A stretch of 64,000 nucleotides of DNA from an uncultured virus (IMG/VR IMGVR_UViG_3300023198_000928) (taxonomy: Duplodnaviria; Heunggongvirae; Uroviricota; Caudoviricetes): IMG/VR virus record IMGVR_UViG_3300023198_000928; one strand, written 5' to 3'. The notes under the pieces were generated by a model, which worked only from the letters and a program-made list of their open reading frames with translations, had not been told where the DNA came from and did not search any database. Below, piece by piece: positions 20,585 to 30,900 of the stretch; the first letter of the stretch is position 1, and each line of letters starts with the position of its first letter. A program made the translations under genes and the position numbers.

Positions 20585-20710
20585 CGCTATAATATTATTT
20601 ATTTATAAGTCTTAAGATCTTTCTTTTAAAGGAAATCACATTATGTTGCTCCTATTAATAATACTAATAAAATACTTAAAATAATTGCTCGTCTCATAAT
20701 TTGATTCAGT

Positions 20711-21244
20711 TTATTTACCATTCAGTAGTTTAGTCTTAGATTTACTCCCCATACTAGATCCAAAAAAGAAATTAATAACTTGTTGTCTTTCTTGCAGTAA
20801 TGCCGTAGTAATACCACCAACTGCACCAGAAATAATAGCAATAAGTACTTTATCCTCTAAGTACATAACACAAAGGATTTCTATCACTAAAGCGGCCATC
20901 ACAACCCATAGGTTATAAGTAATAACTCTTTGAGCGACATAATCGGCCATCTCGTGATCAGTACTCTTATACATATCTCTAGCATTTGCTAAATCCTGCA
21001 TATCCATTTGTAATAATGATAATGCCTCTGCCTTTTCTTCAGCATTCAATTCATCCGAAGTTGTTATAAGATTACTAATGGCCTCTGTAACTCCAGAAGC
21101 TCCAGGAACTAATCCTCCTGCTACTCCTAAAATAGTTTTAAGTAAATTAGGCCCTTTTTCTTTTAGGAACATACCTATTTTAGTTTTCCCATGCACTTCT
21201 TTAAATGTTTTCTTTTTCGGGTCTTTTTTCTTTTCTGTTGCCAT
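20711..21244 (-). CDS. putative holin (3TM/GTA-holin-like)
   Basis: DLANARDM, hydrophobic helices, VINFFFGSSMGS..K C-terminus; near endolysin. Confidence 0.65.
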   Translation of the reverse strand: MATEKKKDPKKKTFKEVHGKTKIGMFLKEKGPNLLKTILGVAGGLVPGASGVTEAISNLITTSDELNAEEKAEALSLLQMDMQDLANARDMYKSTDHEMADYVAQRVITYNLWVVMAALVIEILCVMYLEDKVLIAIISGAVGGITTALLQERQQVINFFFGSSMGSKSKTKLLNGK

Positions 21245-21267
21245 CTTTAAATTTTTAAATTAATATC

Positions 21268-21900
21268 TTATGGTACCAACTCATACTTTTCATTGAAATC
21301 ATCTGTAAATAAAACTTCAAATGTTGCTGGTACTTCTGGAACTCCTGGTATATAATCTTGTCCGCCAGATAAACCTACCGGTGTTCCCGATGAGGTTGAA
21401 TCTGTGGAGATATCTGTCATAGGAAGATTTCCGAATGTTCCCACTATAGTATAATTTGCTTGTACATTAATAACCGGCCCTACCACTGATACTAATGTTA
21501 AGTGCAACTCGTTATTTATTATTACAGACAAAGCTGTTGCTATATCATCTGGAAGTTCTCCATTTGATGGTGCATATACATAGTTAGTAGCATTCCACGA
21601 GAATCCTACAAGTCCGTCTCCAGTAGCAGTTCCAGATACTGTAAAACTACCTGTAGCTTGAATATTAGGTACTGAAGGTACAGCAGCTACTGTATCAGTT
21701 AATTTAACAATCCATTGATCCTCTCTTGATAATGCTGTTCCAGTTTTTGTATTTACACTAACATAAGGCCCTAAAGCATCTTTCAATACAGAAAGTTGTA
21801 TACCGTGAACCATAACATATAATGCAATATCTGTAGGAGTTTGACTTATTGCTAATTGTATTGCTGCTCTTTCAATGAGTTTAGTTTGATATTGTGCCAT
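21268..21900 (-). CDS. hypothetical protein: small phage domain interrupted by a tail-sheath-like insert
   Basis: ATGSFTVSGTATGDG..DIATAL..IN..GN..SGG flanked by Pro/Val linkers. Confidence 0.55.
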   Translation of the reverse strand: MAQYQTKLIERAAIQLAISQTPTDIALYVMVHGIQLSVLKDALGPYVSVNTKTGTALSREDQWIVKLTDTVAAVPSVPNIQATGSFTVSGTATGDGLVGFSWNATNYVYAPSNGELPDDIATALSVIINNELHLTLVSVVGPVINVQANYTIVGTFGNLPMTDISTDSTSSGTPVGLSGGQDYIPGVPEVPATFEVLFTDDFNEKYELVP

Positions 21901-21915
21901 AATTATTTATTTTTA

Positions 21916-22086
21916 TTAATATTTCTTTTTATCTATTTTTACTGAAGGTGCTATTGAATCTACAGAAACTTTTGATTGGTTATCTACCTTAACATTAGAA
22001 GAGTTCTTCACTAATATTATAGAACACGCGATAATACCCACTATAATATAAGCAAAAATCAACACCTTAAATAATTTATTTCTCAT
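21916..22086 (-). CDS. 56 aa putative lipoprotein (o-spanin candidate), missing from ORF track
   Basis: MRNKLFKVLIFAYIIVGIIACSIILVK..; basic n-region, hydrophobic core, IIAC lipobox-like; fills the gap between neighbours. Confidence 0.55.
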   Translation of the reverse strand: MRNKLFKVLIFAYIIVGIIACSIILVKNSSNVKVDNQSKVSVDSIAPSVKIDKKKY

Positions 22087-22095
22087 AATAATTAG

Positions 22096-22461
22096 TTATT
22101 GTTCCTTTAGTTTTTTAATTTCTTGTTTGATCTGAAACATTTGATCTGCATTAAGCATGATTATAGAGTCAGTCTTTTTTCTTGCTCTAGTCTCCTGTAA
22201 ATATACAGAATCTCTCATTGCCCTTGATTTAATAGCGTTAGAATTATTAACACTATCTAAAAGTATAGCTCTCTGTTGTTGCTCAGGTGTAGGACCTTCC
22301 TCTACATGTTTAACTACCACTACTTTCTGTTCTGGAGAGTCAAATACTCTTCCTTCTAAGCTCTGTGACTCAGCGCCTTGATTATAAATCCATCCATAAG
22401 CACCAATTATACCTCCTAGTATCATTGCTACAAATCCCCAATATTTTTTAAAAGTTTCCAT
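22096..22461 (-). CDS. N-anchored membrane protein with helical C-term (i-spanin or holin candidate)
   Basis: single N-terminal TM (WGFVAMILGGIIGAYGWIY); TAATG-coupled to endolysin. Confidence 0.55.
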   Translation of the reverse strand: METFKKYWGFVAMILGGIIGAYGWIYNQGAESQSLEGRVFDSPEQKVVVVKHVEEGPTPEQQQRAILLDSVNNSNAIKSRAMRDSVYLQETRARKKTDSIIMLNADQMFQIKQEIKKLKEQ

Positions 22462-22880
22462 TATAATAATCGTCTATAAGTTAATAATCTATGTCTAGGA
22501 TATGCTGATATTTTAACTTGATTTGATTGATTTCCTCCAAGTACATAAATATAATCTTCATTGCTATTAACATAGAATGCTACATGTCCTTTCCAACTAC
22601 TAGGTGACTCTCTCCAGAAGACTACTATATCCCCAAGTTTTGGTTCTGTAGCTTTTACGCCTACGTTCATCCAACTTCTTGCGTTTAATTGTCCTGAACA
22701 GTCTAACCCTGAATGCATACAAACCCAGTTAGCAAATGCTGAGCACCAGGCTGTTTCGTCTTTTAATGCAGAACCATCAAATCCTAGATCATCAAAATAT
22801 TTAATAACCTCAGGATTATCTTGACTCCCTGATATTTCTTTAATTCCGTATTGACTAAATGCTAATTCTATATGTGTCAT
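22461..22880 (-). CDS. TIGR02594-family NlpC/P60-like peptidase, likely endolysin
   Basis: DETAWCSAF, ARSW, GDIVVF, GHVAF, LGGNQ. Confidence 0.88.
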   Translation of the reverse strand: MTHIELAFSQYGIKEISGSQDNPEVIKYFDDLGFDGSALKDETAWCSAFANWVCMHSGLDCSGQLNARSWMNVGVKATEPKLGDIVVFWRESPSSWKGHVAFYVNSNEDYIYVLGGNQSNQVKISAYPRHRLLTYRRLL

Positions 22881-22891
22881 AATTATTTATT

Positions 22892-24976
22892 TTAAGGGGT
22901 AATCATTGGTTTCCATACCCCGCCTATATTTACTTTAACTGCTTGTACAACTTTCCATGTTCCACCTACATTTATTTTAATAGCTGTCATATCCTTCCAT
23001 GCTCCTCCTACATTGATGTTCATTCCCGGAGCTGCCCCAGCAACTTCAGTCACATTGAAACTTCTTGTTGGTGTATTTGCACTATATGAATTACTACCAT
23101 TTGGATCTATTGTTTTTACTCTCCAATAATAAGTACCTGGTCTTAAAGGTGAAATTACATTTATTTGAAAACAAGCATCTATAGGAGAAGCTACCCATGA
23201 ACCACTCCAAGTTACTCTATTACCTTGATGAGTTGAACTTGTATCATCATGCCAAACCTCTACATAATTAGTTACATCAAATACTCCATCTATAACCATA
23301 AAATATACAGTATCCTTAACTAAAGTATATCCTCCTGGAAAATTAAATGTTATAAAAGTATCCTGTATTCCTAAGTTTGCTGCCTCAACAGTATCTGATG
23401 TTGCCAGAGGTGCGCCAGTTGGTACTCCACCATCACCGAAAGTTCCTGAATGTGCATATAATTTTGCAGTTACTGGACCTGTTGGTGCAGTCCCACGATG
23501 TGCTAATGAAAATTTTGCATTAAAAAGATCTCCTCCTTGTGATTTAAATGATTGACCAACTCTAGTTACTGTACCATCTAAAGTTTCCCAATTATTTTTA
23601 TTACTTTCATCATACTGATCATCAACTAATGTTAGATCGTTTACTTCAAAACTTATCTTTTCTCCTGAGTTAAATGGTTGAGTATCACCCCCGTTAACTG
23701 TATTTACAAATCTAGTATCTCCTGTTGCTGAGTCTGCAATAAGAAAGCCTGCATCTCTATCCGCGTAAAAGATTAAATCTGTTGACGGAGACTCTATAGT
23801 ATAAGTACCATCGTCATTTGCCCACTGATTTCCTGAATGATTTGCTGGAGGAACTTGACCAACTTGATTTCCTCCTACTTGTACTTTATTTGTCTCATTA
23901 CCACCTTCAAACCTTATACTTACAGAATAGTACCAGTTTCCCACATCTTCATTTGCAAAATGCGGTGTTGAGAATCTCCAAGTTACTGTTTCCCAATTAG
24001 TAGATATATTTTCTGCTAAGATTGAATTAGACGTTGCAAGTATAGAATCATACGAGTGAGCATCTACCCCATAAACATTATGTTGATCTACAGTATCGTG
24101 AGACGTTCTAGATAATCTACAAAAAACTGGCCCTGTAGGAGCTCCAATAGTTCTAATATGCCAAGAAACTTCATTTATATTACCTGCGTTAGCAGTAAAG
24201 CATTGTCCTACTTCTTGATTTATATCTGCTTGTATATACATTCCAAATTTTAAATTCCCTTCAACAGGAAAATTATCAATATTCTGTACATTCGCATCAA
24301 ACGTTGGAGCAGTATCTAATTCAATTACATATTCTAAATCATCGCTAGTAGGATCTGTTCCTGTAAACTCTAGTAGCGGTAAAGCTGGTATTACAAAATC
24401 TACTGCATCTGCTGTATTTGCTACTATCGTTGGTGGAAGATTAGGCAAATCATATTGTACATCCAATACAAGGGTATCAAGCATAATCTCAGCCTCTGCG
24501 GAGGCATTATTTGCTACTTTGACACCACAATTTAATCTTATTTTTATAGTACTATTTGATGCTTCTATTGCTGCAGGAATAGAAACGACTCCTCCGTTTT
24601 TTGTAGCGTATGTTGTTGTTCCGCTTTGTTGCGTTGATGCAATTAATGTAGCTTGTAAAATACTTCCACTATCTCGAATCTCCAAAGGTCCATACTGTTC
24701 AAAATCCGGTACATTTATTTCATTCGCCCTCCAATCAAATGAACTTGCATTAATCTGTGTTATTGTAGAACCTGCCGAAATACCTAACGTCTCCCACGTA
24801 GTAGTTAGTTCAATATAAGGATAACCCTCATCTCTTCTACCAAGAACACTAAATACAAAGTGCCCTGTTGGATTACCTCCTGAACTAACCCATCCACCCA
24901 AAGAATTGCCTTCGTGAGTTACTACGAAACCTTCTGTATCAGATGTAAAATTATATGTCTTTATTATATTAGGCAT
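22892..24976 (-). CDS. multi-domain receptor-binding/fibre-tip protein
   Basis: two VGQxF..PTGPV beta-sandwich domains nested in an FN3-like frame; C-terminal NVGGxWK x3. Confidence 0.7.
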   Translation of the reverse strand: MPNIIKTYNFTSDTEGFVVTHEGNSLGGWVSSGGNPTGHFVFSVLGRRDEGYPYIELTTTWETLGISAGSTITQINASSFDWRANEINVPDFEQYGPLEIRDSGSILQATLIASTQQSGTTTYATKNGGVVSIPAAIEASNSTIKIRLNCGVKVANNASAEAEIMLDTLVLDVQYDLPNLPPTIVANTADAVDFVIPALPLLEFTGTDPTSDDLEYVIELDTAPTFDANVQNIDNFPVEGNLKFGMYIQADINQEVGQCFTANAGNINEVSWHIRTIGAPTGPVFCRLSRTSHDTVDQHNVYGVDAHSYDSILATSNSILAENISTNWETVTWRFSTPHFANEDVGNWYYSVSIRFEGGNETNKVQVGGNQVGQVPPANHSGNQWANDDGTYTIESPSTDLIFYADRDAGFLIADSATGDTRFVNTVNGGDTQPFNSGEKISFEVNDLTLVDDQYDESNKNNWETLDGTVTRVGQSFKSQGGDLFNAKFSLAHRGTAPTGPVTAKLYAHSGTFGDGGVPTGAPLATSDTVEAANLGIQDTFITFNFPGGYTLVKDTVYFMVIDGVFDVTNYVEVWHDDTSSTHQGNRVTWSGSWVASPIDACFQINVISPLRPGTYYWRVKTIDPNGSNSYSANTPTRSFNVTEVAGAAPGMNINVGGAWKDMTAIKINVGGTWKVVQAVKVNIGGVWKPMITP

Positions 24977-24985
24977 ATTTTAAAT

Positions 24986-27900
24986 TTATGGTGTGTATTG
25001 AATATATAATGCTCCTTCTGTTACTGTTCCTGCCGATGGCGGTGTCGCTGATGTTCCATAACATACATTAACTACTTCATCGACTGATTCTGTGCCGTGA
25101 TCCCCAACAACAATTGTTTGTCCATTATGATTATGTGTAGTGTCTGATTTAAGGTCTAGCGCAGTTTGCGTATCCGTAGACACTGGTTTATCTGCATCCG
25201 ACGTGTTATCCACATTTGATAATCCTACATCAGTAGCATTAACACTATGTGGGTTTGTTGTCACATCTCCAATATGTGTTTGAATATTAGCGTTGTATGC
25301 TTCAACTGTTACTCCAATATCTCCAGGTTGCAATGCTGAATCTACAGTAGCTTTTTCAGCTATAGTTAAATGTTGATACTCTCCTTCATTCAATCCATCT
25401 AAACTATTATGTTTAATAATTAAAGGAGTTTGTAAATAAGAGTAATGTTCACTACCGTTTTTATATAGACTTACAATTCTATTAGGATTAGATGTAGTCT
25501 CTATAAAATAAGCTAATAGCATCTCATCAGCAGGATCCATAGGTATCTCTGAATGGACAAGTTCATTTATAAATAACTTTGGCTCAACCTCTGTAATTAT
25601 ATCTGTTGTAATCCTAAATTGTAAGTAATATAAGTAAAAAGTTACTCCACTTTCATTTATATATCCTGCCTGATCAGTAACAGCTGTAACTACAGTATCA
25701 CTTGCAAATGAATCAATCCAAAATGTTTCAGTTGGAGTTTCAATTAAGGTTGCTTCTAAAATTGAAGCGTTAGCATCCCCAGATACAAATGTACCACCAT
25801 CAGTTGCAGTAAAAGTTCTTGTTATTCCTGTACCAGTAGTTGTTACTGTACCGGGCTTTAAAACTCTTTTATTTAATCTTACGTGAACAATTGATGCTCC
25901 AGAAGACGAGTCTACAGATAAATAATTACGGAATATCCATGTTCCAGCAGGTAATGAATCTACATTTAATCCATCTGTTACAAATCTCTCTATAAATTTA
26001 ATTCCATCAGCTGCAGCCACGGTAGTTTGTATCTCAACTTCAGCACCACCTGCAGGAGTAGTAGTTAAATCTAGATTATCTCCACTAACAATATTATCTC
26101 CTAAATAATAACTTAATCCCTGACCTGCAGAAGCAGATACTCCAGTTATATTTTGTCCATTAAAAGTAGGAGAAGAACCAATAGTCACATCTTGATTTAT
26201 AAAAGTATGATCAGAACCATCTCCATTTTTATGACTTGTAAAAACATCTCCTTCAGTTACAGTGCCTGCAATTGTTCCGAAATTTTTATTATAGGCTGTA
26301 TTCTGAGTAACTGCATTGTTTATTGTTACTACTCCTCCGGCACTATATACTACAGAAATATCAGTTCCTGCAACAATGTCTACTTCTCCATTAGAAACTA
26401 TAGTAGTTCTTTGTACACCATTAGTCTTAAGATTAAAGCTTTGATAATTATCATATGGTCCTAAGTCTGTTATGTCAGCCTCAAGATGCGAATGACCAGT
26501 TAAAGAATAAAGTCCCGCATGGTCTCCCCATCCGAATGCTGTATCCCAATTGGCACTGTTATCTGTAAAATCTAGAACATCTGCAATCTCATGAGTATGT
26601 GCAAAGTCTGTTATATCTGATTTAGGATGTGTATGTCCTGCCCAATCTCCCCAACCAAAAGCAGTATTCCAGTTAACACTATTATCTGTAAAACCATAAT
26701 CAGTAAGTAAATCTGTAAATCCTGGGAATGAAACTACATCGCCATCATACAAGAAGGTACCATCAGATAACGCTGTATTAAAATTAGCTTTGGTATCAGA
26801 TATTCCGTATCCTGCTAAGGTTGTTATACCTGTAGATAAATAACTTCCGAAATCACTGATATCAGCCTCTAGTAAAGCTCTACCAACATAACCAGTTGTA
26901 CCATTAGCCACTAGTACAAATTTATCTGTATTTGTAGCGCTAGCTATATCTGTGTGATCTGTTACTGAACCCCATCCTGGGAAAGAAACTACATCTCCAG
27001 AGAATAAGAAGTCTCCATCAGTCAGTTCTGTATTAAACTCAGATTTAGTACCTGATATTCCTACTATAGATGTTTGGTCCGCTGCCCATGATTCCGTGTT
27101 ACTAATCTCAGATCCTAATAGTTGTCTAATAGAATATGTAGTAGGGGAATCTGCTGCTAACACATGACCTATAGTCTCTCCTGAAATTGTATGACTCAGC
27201 AATGTATGACTTGTAGGAGGTCTGGCATCAGTTAACCTTGAATCTCCTTCATATATAAAAGTACCATCAGACAACGCCGTGTCAAAGTTGGCCATTGTAT
27301 CACTTATTCCATAACCAGCTAAGGTTGTAGGTGTTGATGTTACTTGACTCCAACCAATTGAAAGAGCTGCTTCATGTTGTGTAACGCTTGTTTCGGTAAT
27401 ATTTGCATCCGGTACATTTGCCCAAATAACTGCGGCGGTTAAATCATTAATCTCAGTATATGCTGCGGTGATTATCAATTCTGCATCTAATGCTGTTCCT
27501 GATGTTGTTAATGTAACTCCAGTTCCTTCTATGAACTTTACACTACCTCCACTATCTGAAAGTGTTAAAGTATGTGCTGTTAATTCTGAAGAACTTATAA
27601 ATGTCTGACTTCCACTACCACCTGTAGGAGCTTTCCAAGATGCTGTACTTGCACTATCTGCACTTAATATCCATCCTACGGTTAAACCACTAAGGTCAAG
27701 TAAGTTAAGTTCTGCAAATGTCGCAGTAACATCAGTTGCCCCTTCTGCTAATGTATGTGTATGTGCTGTTGGAACATCCCCGGTAAACATAAATGTTCCA
27801 TCACTTAACGATGTATTGTAATTTAATTTTGAATCACTAATACCATAACCTGCCAGTGTTGTAGGTGTTGAAGTCAAGTCACCGAACGCGTGAGTAGGTT

Positions 27901-30900
27901 CTACATAACCATAGTCATTAAATAGAGTATCAAACCCCGGGAATGACACTACATCTCCGTCATATAGGAAAGTACCGTCACTTAGGGCCGTATCAAAGTT
28001 AGCCTTAGTATCTGAAATACCATATCCTAATAAAGTTGTTGGAGTTGAAGTTAAATCCCCAAATGCATGTGTTGGCTCTACATATCCGTAATCGTTGAAT
28101 AAAGTATCGAAACCTGGGAAAGATACAACATCACCGTCGAACAAGAAATTTCCATCTGATAGGGATGTATTGTAATTTGCTTTAGTATCCGAGATTCCAT
28201 ATCCAACAAGCGTAGTAGGAGTAGATGTGATTTCTGAGAAAGCATGAGTATGTGATACAAGCGAATATAACCCTGCATGATCTCCCCAACCAAAGGCAGT
28301 TTGACCATTATTTATTCTAATATCATCCCCTTCAGCTACAGTACCAGAAGCTGTTCCAAAATCTTTATTAAATGCCGTGTTCTTAGTAAATGCTAATTCG
28401 AATGCAAGACTGTCAAGTCCATCTAAAGTATCTGCGTCAACATTAAGAGCATCAATACTAGCTTTAGTTTCATCTCCAGTATTTGCACCAGAAGATGATC
28501 CAGTAAAGTTAGCTGCAGTTATATTTCCAGTTGTGTCAACATCGTTAATAAAGAAAGCTTTACCATCTCCCATTATATGGAATCTTCTACCGCCTGCTCC
28601 TGAAACAATCTCCATTAATACGTCGGTCGCTATTGCTGTTGTACCACCTACTCGACCATCAAAAGTTATTATACCGCTAGTTGCAGAAGTTCCGCTAGTA
28701 TTATCTCCAAGGAAATATAATGAGGCATATGCTGTATTATCAACTCTACCACTAATTAATGGATAAAAATCTCCTGTAGCACCATTACTAATTCTAAATC
28801 TATCATCTCCAGTTGCTGCTGCAAAGTCAATATAGTTTTGGAATGATATAGCAGTATTAATAAGACCTTGAACTTGGGCCGTTGAGTTAATAGCTGTTCT
28901 TCCTCCAGTTACTACTTTAGGCATTGATTGTTCTACTGTAAAGTCATTATCTATATTCGTGTACGCTANNNNNNNNNNNNNNNNNNNNNNNNNNNNNNNN
29001 NNNNNNNNNNNNNNNNNNNNNNNNNNNNNNNNNNNNNNNNNNNNNNNNNNNNNNNNNNNNNNNNNNNNTTCTGCGTCTACTGCAGTACGACTTATCGTTT
29101 GTGTAGTACTAAATGTATTGTCAACATTATTATATGCTGTATTGAAATCATCAAGATCTTGTTGTAGTAAAGTAACAGCTCCTGTACGTGTATTCCAGGA
29201 TGCTACTCCTGAACCTGATATCGCATTATCTACATAAAGTTTATTTGCAAGATGAGCATCATCGGTTGGGACAGCGCTTGCTAATACATTACTTGAGAAA
29301 GTAGCTACTTCAGATGTATTATTAATAGATAGAACCGCCGTGTCAGCAGTATTGTAAATTTTTATATCTCCTGAAGAATGTTCTAATCTAGCTACTCCTG
29401 CTACGGAACCTATTACAAAGTCATCGCCATCATTTGCTCTAAGATATGTAGTTGCGATAATATGGCCAGTGAATGTATTATCTTGATTCAGATAAGCTAC
29501 GTTAGTTATATTAGCAGGGTCAAAATTTCCTGCATGATATACTACTCTATCAATACCATCATTAAAGTATAATTCTCCAAAACCACCGCCAATATATGTA
29601 TTATCGTCTGCCCCATATTTAATTAAATTATAATAACCTCCAGCTACATCTTTGGATAAATATGAAACGTTATTATTTGCATAGAAGCCGTTACCATAAA
29701 CACCTACTGTCGCTATAACATCACCTATTACATTTTGAGTAGTGGTAAAATTATTATTAACATTTGTATAAGCAAAACTTCCTGATGGTAAATCTGTAAT
29801 TACAGCTAAAGTACCGCCTACAGCAGGTAGTAATACATCTATATTTGCCGCCGTGCCTGGATTAGTTTTTATGTTAGTAGCATTAGTACCATCATTCATA
29901 GTTATTACCGGCTCTGTAGTCACATCCATATCTATAGCACCATTAGATGTAGTCACACCAAAATAATTTGAACTATAGTATCCAAACTCTCCTGCTAAAG
30001 TATCATCAACATTAATAGCTATATTACCAGCTTTTGATAAATATAGATTATTTGTAAATGTTTTTGATCCACTAATATTACCTTGTGTTGTGGTAAAATC
30101 TAAATAATCTGTATTATCAGGTATATCTGTAGTTACTGCTATCTGGCCTCCATTATCACCTAAAGTAAAAGCTCTAGCTGTTGTAAGAGTTCCAGATTTT
30201 ATAGAACTAAATAAACCACCTCCGGCATCAAGTATTAATCTTTTATCTCCACTAATAGTCTGATCTTCAGTAAATATATTAGCCACATTAGTATAAGCTA
30301 CATTAGCTATTCCTAATACTTTATTATCTACATACAATTTATTAGTAAGGTGATCATCTGTTGTAGGTACAGTAGAAGAAATAACATTTCCACTCACCGT
30401 TTGCTCAGTAGTAAAATTATTATCTACTGTTGTAAGAGCTATATTATCTGGGATATCTGCTGTTAATGCTAATGTCCCAGTTCCATTAGGGATTGTAATA
30501 GTATAGTCAGTTGCTAATCCTGGAGCTACTGTTAGAGTTATAGATGATGGAGTAGTATTTACATCATTAATAAATTGAAGTCTATCACTAAACATAAAGA
30601 ATGCTGTACCGTTAATTGCATTGTCATCATCAACAACTCCTATACTGTCGTTAAACATCACTGCACGTTGAGCTTCTAAATTTGCACTAACTTTTACTTT
30701 ATCATATGTTATTGCTGCCTCCTCATTTGGTGCAGTAGTATTTAATACTGTTAAACCTTTAGTAACTGAGTTTGAAATAAACATATTATCAATAAAGGTT
30801 TTCTCACCTGCTACTGTTTGATCTGTAGTTAAATCTACGTGATCAGAAACACCTTGAACTAAGTCATCAACCTCTGTTTTAGTATATGCATCCGTTATTC

